64,000 nucleotides of DNA from an uncultured Gemmatimonadales bacterium (GTDB lineage: Bacteria > Gemmatimonadota > Gemmatimonadetes > Gemmatimonadales > GWC2-71-9). The DNA lies in NCBI GenBank assembly GCA_963828735.1, contig CAWHFW010000005.1, positions 288,001 to 352,000 of the forward strand, written 5' to 3'. Each line of letters starts with the position of its first letter. Within the stretch, counting starts at the first letter, position 1. Made by a program: the position numbers and the translations under genes. This document shows positions 55,171-64,000 of the stretch, piece after piece. The notes below the pieces were generated by a model that had not been told where the DNA came from, searched no databases, and saw only the letters and a program-made list of their open reading frames with translations.

Positions 55171-56412
55171 CTACTGTTTCCTGACTACTCGCCAGATGGT
55201 GTGGTTGTCGTCGGCCGAGATGAACAGCGCCCCGTCCTTGCCCACCGCGAGCCCCACCGGCCGAAAAGACTGGCCCTTCATGGTCGCGAAGTCCTTGTAC
55301 GAGCCCGTGGGCTGTCCGTCCGAGAACGGCGCGAACGCCACGCGGAACCCGTCCTGAGGCAGGGGCGCGCGATTCCAGCTCCCGTGAAATGCGATGAAGA
55401 GTCCGCTGGTGTACTGGGGCCCGAACTCGGAGCCCGGATAGAACGCGAGCGACATCGGCGCCCAGTGTCCGGGGAACGCGATTGCCGGGTCCTTGGCCTT
55501 CGCGCAACGACCGACCTCCCGCCCGTCGCCGCCGTACTCGGGGGAGAGCACCTTCTTGTGTGCGTCGTTGCTGTAGTAGCAGTAGGGCCAGCCGAGGTCG
55601 TCGCCCTCCGAGAGCCGCACCAGCTCCTCGGCCGGATTGTTGGCGTTCGCCTCGTCGCTGAAGCCCCAGTTGGCGCTGAGCTGATCCCGTCCGTGCACCG
55701 CGGCCCAGACCGCGTTCGTCCCTGGTTGTACGCCGAGCGCTTCGGCGTTGCGGAGACCCGTCGCCCAGCGCCGGCCGTCGGCGAAGCGCTGACCCGGACG
55801 GCCAGCGTCGAAGCGCCAGATCCCGGCGTGCCGCTGGAGCTCGGTGCAGGGATCCTCGCCGGGGGACTTGGGAATCCGGTTCATGCGCTGACAGCTGTTC
55901 GAGGCCGACCCGATCTTGACCAGCATGACGTCGCCGCCGGGGAACGCGAGCGTCTTGAGGCTGTGGTCGCCGTCGTCGGGCAGGTCCTCCACGATCGGCT
56001 CGGGATCGCCCGCCGGCTCGAGCTTCCCCGGCGTGAGACGCCACCGGACCACGCGGTTCCTGCCGGCGAGATACAGGAAGCCGTCGTGCACCGCGACATC
56101 GTTGCCGCCGCGCGGGCCGAAGGACGCGCGATCCTCCAGGGTGCCGTCGCCGTCCCGATCCCGGAAGGCGACGACGGCGCTGCCGAGGAATCCGCCCGAC
56201 GTCGCCGCGTAGAGGGTGCCGTCCGGACCGACGGCGAGATGTCGCACGCCCTTCACGTCATCCGCGACGACCGACGCGCAGAAACCGCCCGCGAGCTGCA
56301 GGCCACCGTTGTCCGGTGCGCAGCCGGGGGGAGTCGATCTCGCGCCCAGCAGTGCGGCGGCTGCGAAGGGAAGCGCAGCGAGGACGATTTCGCGGGAGGG
56401 CAGGCGGGACAT
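55171..56412 (-). CDS. Exported PQQ-dependent sugar/sorbosone dehydrogenase family beta-propeller
   Basis: Signal peptide; GSASNSC, ATGLRNA, GWPYCY, HGSWNR, RPVGL, SADD. Confidence 0.88.
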   Translation of the reverse strand: MSRLPSREIVLAALPFAAAALLGARSTPPGCAPDNGGLQLAGGFCASVVADDVKGVRHLAVGPDGTLYAATSGGFLGSAVVAFRDRDGDGTLEDRASFGPRGGNDVAVHDGFLYLAGRNRVVRWRLTPGKLEPAGDPEPIVEDLPDDGDHSLKTLAFPGGDVMLVKIGSASNSCQRMNRIPKSPGEDPCTELQRHAGIWRFDAGRPGQRFADGRRWATGLRNAEALGVQPGTNAVWAAVHGRDQLSANWGFSDEANANNPAEELVRLSEGDDLGWPYCYYSNDAHKKVLSPEYGGDGREVGRCAKAKDPAIAFPGHWAPMSLAFYPGSEFGPQYTSGLFIAFHGSWNRAPLPQDGFRVAFAPFSDGQPTGSYKDFATMKGQSFRPVGLAVGKDGALFISADDNHTIWRVVRKQ

Positions 56413-56508
56413 GGCGGCACACCGTGGCTGAGGCGGACGTTGGAGCCGAACCTTCGCGGCATTTCCCGGAAGATAGTCGCCCCCGGTCCCGGCCCTCGAG
56501 ACCTCGCG

Positions 56509-56683
56509 CCCGAGGGAGAATCGGTCCGGATCCGAGGGAGACGCCGGCCGGGCTGCTGGCTTGGCGGCCCGTTCTTCCGAGGGAAAATCGGCTTTTTCCG
56601 AGGGAACAACACCAAAAAACCCGGTTTCCGAGGGAAAAACCGGCCGAAATCGTGATTTTCCGAGGGAAAATGGCGATTTCCCT
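56509..56683. repeat. Array of six CCGAGGGA boxes, four of them full TTCCGAGGGAA
   Basis: Core starts at 56510, 56532, 56577, 56598, 56628 and 56660, flanked by A/T tracts. Confidence 0.85.
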
Positions 56684-56684
56684 A

Positions 56685-56712
56685 TTGTAAATCCGCGCCG
56701 GTTGCTTACTGT
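56685..56712 (+). promoter_or_regulatory. Putative sigma70 promoter of the SWIB gene
   Basis: TTGTAA (56685-90) - 16 bp - TACTGT (56707-12). Confidence 0.45.
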
Positions 56713-56775
56713 TTGTCTCGGTAGTTGGGGCAGGACGAGAGGCACGCAGTTCTCACATTCACTGGGAGACACGCG

Positions 56776-57132
56776 ATGGCCGCCAAAAAGAAGACTGCCA
56801 AGAAGTCCGCCAAGAAGAAGACCGCCAAGAGGTCGGCCAAGAAGGCCACGAAGAAGGCCGCCAAGAAGTCGAGCAAGAAGCGCACACCGAGCGCCGCCTT
56901 CATGCGTCCGGTCACCCCGGACACCGCGCTCTCGGCCGTGGTCGGCAGCTCCCCGCTGCCGCGCACCGAGCTGACCAAGAAGCTGTGGGCGTACATCAAG
57001 CGGAACGGACTGCAGGACGCGAAGAACCGTCGCGCGATCAACGCCGACGACAGGCTCCGCCCCGTGTTCGGCGGCCGGGCACAGGTCACGATGTTCGACA
57101 TGACCAAGCTGGTGAACAAGCACGTGAGCTGA
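56776..57132 (+). CDS. Histone H1-like Lys/Ala-rich tail plus SWIB/MDM2 domain protein
   Basis: MAAKKKTAKKSAKKK... followed by PRTELTKKLWAYIKRNGLQD...INADDRL...MFDMTKLVNKH; GGGAG SD. Confidence 0.93.
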   Translation: MAAKKKTAKKSAKKKTAKRSAKKATKKAAKKSSKKRTPSAAFMRPVTPDTALSAVVGSSPLPRTELTKKLWAYIKRNGLQDAKNRRAINADDRLRPVFGGRAQVTMFDMTKLVNKHVS

Positions 57133-57136
57133 TCTC

Positions 57137-57190
57137 CCGGCTTCGGCCGGCGCAGCATAAAGGGCGTCCCCGCTGGGACGCCCTTTCTGT
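57137..57190 (+). terminator. cUUCGg hairpin plus intrinsic terminator after the SWIB gene
   Basis: CCGGCTTCGGCCGG, then AAAGGGCGTCCC-CGCT-GGGACGCCCTTTCTGT. Confidence 0.8.
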
Positions 57191-57205
57191 TATGTTTCCC
57201 GCCCT

Positions 57206-58882
<1,677 letters not shown>

Positions 58883-59030
58883 GGGGCCGCCGGCCACTCG
58901 ACGGCGCGAGACCGCGCGGCCGACATCGACCAGCCCGTTCCACTGACTCCGTCCCGCCACACCGAAGTCACGATTCTGTCGCCTGCTCGGCCCCGTGTTC
59001 CCGGTTCCCCGCCTCCGCTATACTACGGCG

Positions 59031-61184
59031 ATGACGACCCCGCACAGCCGGATTCCCTACCTGCCGGCCCGCATCGAAGGGCTGTCCAACCTCTCGATGA
59101 ACCTCTGGTGGAGCTGGAGCCGGGAGGCCCGGGCACTGTTCCGGTCGATCGACGAGGCGCTGTGGCATCTCACCCGACATAACCCGCTCGAGCTGCTCTG
59201 CCGCGTGGACCCGGCTCGGATCGCGGCCTGCGCGAGCGACAGCGATTTCCTCCGCCGCTACGACGACGTCATGGCGCGGCTGGCCCATGGCACCACCAGC
59301 GAGGACACGTGGTTCGCGGAGCGCTATCCGGCGCTCGACGGCCGGCCCGTGGCGTACTTCTGCGCCGAGTTCGGCCTCCACAGCTCGGTCCCCATCTACT
59401 CCGGCGGTCTCGGCGTCCTCGCGGGCGACCACTGCAAGGCGTCGAGCGACCTCGGCGTCCCCATGGTGGGCGTCGGGCTGTTCTACATGAAGGGGTACTT
59501 CGACCAGCGGCTACGCCTGGACGGCTGGCAGGAAGACAGCGACGAGGAGTACGACATCAGCCTCACGCCGCTCGTGCCGGTCCCGGGCGAGAAGCAGCAG
59601 CCGTTCCTCACGATGGTCGAGACGTCCGGACGCCCGGTACACGTCCGCGCCTGGCGCATGATGGTCGGTCGGGTGCCGATCTACCTCCTGGATACGAATC
59701 TCGAGGTCAACCACCCGGACGACCGAGCCCTCATGAACAAGCTCTACGCCGGCGGGCCCGACATGCGCCTCCGGCAGGAGTGGATCCTCGGCGTGGGCGG
59801 GGTGAGGGTGCTGCGCGCGCTGGGCATCGACCCCGGCGTGTGGCACGCCAACGAGGGACACGCCGCGTTCATGATGGTCGAGCGTCTTCGAGAGCACCTT
59901 GCCGAGGGGCTTCCACTCGACCAGGCCGTGCGGCAGGTCCGCGCCCACAGTGTGTTCACCACGCACACGCCGGTGCCGGCGGGGCACGACGCCTTCTCCG
60001 TCGAGCAGCTGGAGAGCGTCGCGGGACCCGTGTGGGAGGACATGAAGATCGACCGCGACACGTTCTTCCGTCTCGGCGCCCATCCCGACCTGCCGGACCA
60101 GTTCCACATGACGGTCACCGCCATGCGGCTCTCGGCCGGGGTGAATGGGGTCTCGCGGCGCCACGGACAGGTGTCCCGCAACATCTGGCGCGACCTATGG
60201 CCCGGACGGCCCTGGGAGACGGTGCCGATCGGCCATGTGACCAACGGCGTGCATCTGGCCACGTGGATGGCCAGCCCGATCATGGCGCTGCTGGACGAGC
60301 ACCTCGGTGAGGACTGGGGCGCGAGGCTGGACGAGCCCGGCCTCTGGGACCGGGTGTTGACGCTCGACCACCGGCGTCTGTGGGAGGCGCACCTCCGGCT
60401 CAAGCAGATCCTGGCGACGTTCGTCCGCGAGGAAGCGCGCCGCCGCTTCGCCACCCAGATGAAAGAAGCGGCCCAGGTCGTGGGCGCGGGGACGTTGCTC
60501 GATCCGACGGCGCTCACCATCGGCTTCGCGCGCCGGTTCGCCACCTACAAGCGCGCGAACCTGATCTTCCGCGATCTCGATCGCCTGCGCCGTCTTCTGG
60601 TCGATCCGTGGCGCCCCGTGCAGATCATCTTCGCGGGCAAGGCGCACCCGGCCGACAATCCCGGCAAGGAAGTGCTCCAGAGCGTCTACCAGTTCACCCG
60701 TGACCCCGAGTTCGAGGGCCGCGTGGCGTTCCTCGAAGACTACGACATGCACCTCGCGCACCTGCTGGTGCAGGGCGTGGACGTCTGGGTCAACCTGCCC
60801 AGGGTCCCGCTCGAGGCCAGCGGCACGAGCGGAATGAAGGCGGCGCTCAACGGGATTCCACAGCTCAGTACGCTGGACGGCTGGTGGCAGGAGGGATACG
60901 ACGGGCTCAGCGGGTGGGCCATCTCGCCCGCCGGCGAGAGCGAGGACGCGGACGCCGGCGACGCCGACCGTTTCTACCGTCTGCTCGAGGAGCAGGTCAT
61001 TCCGCTGTACTACACCCGCAGCGCCGCCGGTGTCCCGCTCGGCTGGGTCGAGAAGATGCGCCACGCGCTGCGTCTGGCCGGCTCGCGGTTCACCGCGCGA
61101 CGCATGATTCAGGACTACGTGCAGGAGCACTATGCTCCGGCGATCAGTGGCGGCTCGTCCGGGGACGACCCGCCCACGGCATGA
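59031..61184 (+). CDS. glgP: Alpha-glucan (glycogen) phosphorylase
   Basis: NLWWSW, YSGGLGVLAGD, NEGH, ARRFATYKR, GKAHP, EASGTSGMK. Confidence 0.95.
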   Translation: MTTPHSRIPYLPARIEGLSNLSMNLWWSWSREARALFRSIDEALWHLTRHNPLELLCRVDPARIAACASDSDFLRRYDDVMARLAHGTTSEDTWFAERYPALDGRPVAYFCAEFGLHSSVPIYSGGLGVLAGDHCKASSDLGVPMVGVGLFYMKGYFDQRLRLDGWQEDSDEEYDISLTPLVPVPGEKQQPFLTMVETSGRPVHVRAWRMMVGRVPIYLLDTNLEVNHPDDRALMNKLYAGGPDMRLRQEWILGVGGVRVLRALGIDPGVWHANEGHAAFMMVERLREHLAEGLPLDQAVRQVRAHSVFTTHTPVPAGHDAFSVEQLESVAGPVWEDMKIDRDTFFRLGAHPDLPDQFHMTVTAMRLSAGVNGVSRRHGQVSRNIWRDLWPGRPWETVPIGHVTNGVHLATWMASPIMALLDEHLGEDWGARLDEPGLWDRVLTLDHRRLWEAHLRLKQILATFVREEARRRFATQMKEAAQVVGAGTLLDPTALTIGFARRFATYKRANLIFRDLDRLRRLLVDPWRPVQIIFAGKAHPADNPGKEVLQSVYQFTRDPEFEGRVAFLEDYDMHLAHLLVQGVDVWVNLPRVPLEASGTSGMKAALNGIPQLSTLDGWWQEGYDGLSGWAISPAGESEDADAGDADRFYRLLEEQVIPLYYTRSAAGVPLGWVEKMRHALRLAGSRFTARRMIQDYVQEHYAPAISGGSSGDDPPTA

Positions 61185-61194
61185 GGCTGGCAGG

Positions 61195-62697
61195 ATGGCG
61201 ACCACGCTCGAGACCACCCTCCCGCCGCTGACGACAGCGGGCGGCGCCAAGGTGTCCGTCGTCCACGTGGCGGCGGAATATTTTCCCTACGCGCGCACGG
61301 GCGGCCTCGCCGAGGCCGTGAGCGGGCTCGCGCAGCATCAGCGGGCGGCCGGGCTCAACGTGCTGGCGATCCTCCCGCTCTATCGCACCGTGCGCGACGC
61401 CGAGCCGGACCTCGAGCCGGTCGGGCCGCCCTTCCTGGTGTCGATGGGCGGCCGCACCGAGGAGGCGCGCCTGTTCCGCGCCACGGGCGCCGCCGCGCGA
61501 GGCCCGCAGGTGTTCTTCATCGAGCACCTCGACTACTTCAACCGGCCGGGCATCTACGGCGAGAGCGCCGTGGACTATCCCGACAACGCCCGCCGGTTCG
61601 CCTTCTTCGCGCTCGCGGCCCTGACCGCCCTGCCCCGCCTCGTGAGCGGTCCGGTGCTGCTCCACGCCCACGACTGGCATACGGCGCTCGTCCCGGTCTA
61701 CCTCCGCACGACGCTCGCGGGCGAGCGCTTCGCCGGCGCGACCACGACCGTGCTGTCGGTCCACAATCCGGGCTACCAGGGACACTTTCCGCCGGAGACG
61801 ATGGCCGACGTCGGACTGCCGTGGGCGATCTACAACTGGCGTCAGCTCGAGTGGTACGGGAAAGTGAACTTCCTCAAGGGCGGGATCGTCTTCACCGATT
61901 TCGTCACCACGGTGAGCCCCACGCAGGCCGTCGAGCTGCGGACGCCCGGCGGCGGCTTCGGGCTGCACGACAATTTCAACTGGCTGGGCGACCGCCTCGT
62001 GGGAGTGCTCAACGGCATCGACCAGCGCGAGTGGGACCCCGCCACCGATACGCAGATCACCGCGAAGTACTCGGCGGACCACCTCGACGGCAAGCGCCGG
62101 TGCAAGGCCGCGCTGCAGCGCTCGTTCGGGCTGCCGCAGCGGCGAAAGACGCCCCTCTTCGGCATGACCGGCCGGCTCGTGACTCAGAAGGGCCTCGACC
62201 TGATTCTCGGCGCGCACGATCTTCTCGCGAGCGACGCGCAGTTCGTCTTTCTCGGCAGCGGCGAGCAGCGCTACGAGCAGGCGCTGGTGGAGCTGGCCAC
62301 CTCGGCCCCCAACCGCATCGGCGTCCAGCTCGACTTCGTCGACCGTCTCGAACACCGGCTCATGGCCGGGGCCGACATCTTCCTCATGCCCTCGCTCTAT
62401 GAGCCCTGCGGGCTCACCCAGATGCGCTCTCAACGCTACGGGGCGCCCCCCATCGTGCGAAACGTGGGCGGCCTCCGTGATACCGTCGAGGACGGTGTGA
62501 CCGGCTTCTCGTTCGACCCCTATACCTCGGACGCGTTCAGCGATGCCGCATTCCGCGCGCTCGACTGCTACGCCGACTCCGGGCGCTGGCGGACCCTGAT
62601 GCGGCGCGGCATGGCGAGCGACTTCAGCTGGGAGCGGTCGGTCGCCGAGTATCTCGACGTCTACCGTCGCGCCGTGGCGCACTCGGGAGCCCGATGA
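61195..62697 (+). CDS. glgA: Glycogen synthase (GT5)
   Basis: RTGGL (KTGGL variant), HAHDWH, NFLKGG, QKG, PSLYEPCGLTQ, DFSW. Confidence 0.93.
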   Translation: MATTLETTLPPLTTAGGAKVSVVHVAAEYFPYARTGGLAEAVSGLAQHQRAAGLNVLAILPLYRTVRDAEPDLEPVGPPFLVSMGGRTEEARLFRATGAAARGPQVFFIEHLDYFNRPGIYGESAVDYPDNARRFAFFALAALTALPRLVSGPVLLHAHDWHTALVPVYLRTTLAGERFAGATTTVLSVHNPGYQGHFPPETMADVGLPWAIYNWRQLEWYGKVNFLKGGIVFTDFVTTVSPTQAVELRTPGGGFGLHDNFNWLGDRLVGVLNGIDQREWDPATDTQITAKYSADHLDGKRRCKAALQRSFGLPQRRKTPLFGMTGRLVTQKGLDLILGAHDLLASDAQFVFLGSGEQRYEQALVELATSAPNRIGVQLDFVDRLEHRLMAGADIFLMPSLYEPCGLTQMRSQRYGAPPIVRNVGGLRDTVEDGVTGFSFDPYTSDAFSDAAFRALDCYADSGRWRTLMRRGMASDFSWERSVAEYLDVYRRAVAHSGAR

Positions 62698-64000
62698 ACG
62701 GCGGGCCGATGGACTTCGTGTTCACGCTGCACAGTCACCTGCCCTACGTGCTGAACCACGGCCGCTGGCCGCACGGCAGCGACTGGCTCTGCGAAGCGGC
62801 GCTGGACACCTATCTCCCCCTGCTCGAGACGCTCCGGCGCCTCGGCACCGAGGACACGCCCGCGCCGGTGACGATCGGGTTCACGCCCGTCCTCGCCAAC
62901 CAGCTCGCGAGCCCGCTGTTCGCGCAGGAGATGAACGCGTTCTTCGATCAGCGGCTCGCCGCGTGTGACGAGGCGCCGGCTTCGCTGGCCGTCACCAGCG
63001 AGACGAGCCTCCTGCCGCAGGTCGCCTTCTGGCGCGACCGGTTCAGGCGCCTGCGGCGCCTCTTCGACGAGATCGATGGCGACCTGGTGGGCGCGTTCCG
63101 GGCGCTCGAAGCCGCGGGACGGCTCGAGATCATCGGCTCTGCCGCCACTCACGGCTTCCTGCCGCTGCTCGCCCGCGACGAGAGCATCCGCTTTCAGCTC
63201 GCCGTCGGCACCGCCGAGCACCGCCGCCTCTTCGGGCGCGCGCCCCAGGGATGCTGGCTCCCCGAATGCGCCTATCGCCCGCGGGGCCCGTGGGCGCCGT
63301 GGCCCACGGGCCCCCGCAGCGGCATGCGGCGCGGCATCGAGGAGCACCTCGCGGACGCGGGCTTCCGGTTCTTCTTCGTGGACTCGCATCTCGCGTCGGC
63401 CGGCCGGCCGCTCGGTCTCTCGGGCGACCCCGCCGCGCTCGACCCGGAGGTCCACCAGCCGATGGCTCGCGCGGGCCTGGGGCCCGCGGCGCGCTCGCCG
63501 TACTATGCGTATCGCGTCGCGCACGGGCGAGGCACGGACGTATCCGCCTTCGTCCGCGATCCGCGCGCCTCGATGCAGGTGTGGAGCCGCTTCGAGGGCT
63601 ATCCGGGCGACGGCGTCTACCTCGAGTTCCACAAGATGCGCTGGCCCGGCGGTCTCAAGCTCTGGCGCGTGAGCGGCCCGGACGTGGACCTCGGCGCGAA
63701 GGAGCCATACGACCCGGCCGTGGCCGAGGACCGCGTGCGGGGACACGCCCAGCATTTCGCCTCCCTGCTCAACAACATCGCCACCGGGGAGACACGGCAT
63801 CGGGACGGCGTGGTCGTCGCGCCCTTCGACACCGAGCTGTTCGGCCACTGGTGGTTCGAGGGGCCGGACTTCCTGGGCAACGTCTACCGCGAGCTGCGCG
63901 GCCGGACCGACGTGCGTCCGGCTACCGGGTCACAGCACCTCGTTCGTCATCCCACGCGCGCCGCCATCCGCATGCCGGCCGGCTCGTGGGGCGCCAACGG
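62694..64000 (+). CDS. GH57 (DUF1957) 1,4-alpha-glucan branching enzyme, runs off the window end
   Basis: Read manually because it is absent from the ORF track: LHSHLPYV, WLCEAALDTYLPL, THGFLPL, GCWLPECAY, YLEFHK, PFDTELFGHWWFEGP. Confidence 0.92.
   Translation, partial: MNGGPMDFVFTLHSHLPYVLNHGRWPHGSDWLCEAALDTYLPLLETLRRLGTEDTPAPVTIGFTPVLANQLASPLFAQEMNAFFDQRLAACDEAPASLAVTSETSLLPQVAFWRDRFRRLRRLFDEIDGDLVGAFRALEAAGRLEIIGSAATHGFLPLLARDESIRFQLAVGTAEHRRLFGRAPQGCWLPECAYRPRGPWAPWPTGPRSGMRRGIEEHLADAGFRFFFVDSHLASAGRPLGLSGDPAALDPEVHQPMARAGLGPAARSPYYAYRVAHGRGTDVSAFVRDPRASMQVWSRFEGYPGDGVYLEFHKMRWPGGLKLWRVSGPDVDLGAKEPYDPAVAEDRVRGHAQHFASLLNNIATGETRHRDGVVVAPFDTELFGHWWFEGPDFLGNVYRELRGRTDVRPATGSQHLVRHPTRAAIRMPAGSWGAN

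Noticed and set aside
56509..56683. CRISPR array
   Set aside because: The repeats are only 8-13 bp with 21-45 bp periods, and there are no cas genes in the window.
56785..56880. GCCAAGAAG tandem-like DNA repeats
   Set aside because: Fully explained by the Ala-Lys-Lys coding repeats of the histone-like tail.

Overview
A high-GC bacterial chromosomal segment, about 70% GC by eye. A Gemmatimonadota-like origin is my inference from gene content and style, not a database result. It is densely coding and mostly housekeeping: the gltB 3' end, TetR plus acyl-CoA dehydrogenase, queF/queC/queE, gltA-acs, speA, peptidases (M28, M50, M1, M3), a GGDEF / CGNR zinc finger / tandem kinase module, a cold-shock protein, infA, a PIG-L deacetylase-ABC-MFS-DUF2339 operon, acnA, a sigma70 factor, the pnt operon, TIGR03546/TIGR03545, thrABC, a SWIB/histone-like protein, ettA and glgP-glgA-GH57. 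I saw no tRNA, rRNA, CRISPR array or mobile element. The most unusual signals are: (1) a helically phased array of TTCCGAGGGAA boxes in front of the histone-like SWIB gene; (2) a multi-hairpin RNA-like element upstream of speA, which itself appears to start at AUC; (3) a cytoplasmic pseudokinase-kinase tandem protein with JAK-like domain order; (4) two further pseudo-enzymes (ARH-like and (p)ppGpp-hydrolase-like); (5) non-canonical and leaderless starts; (6) a dense cluster of indels in pntB, most likely sequencing error.
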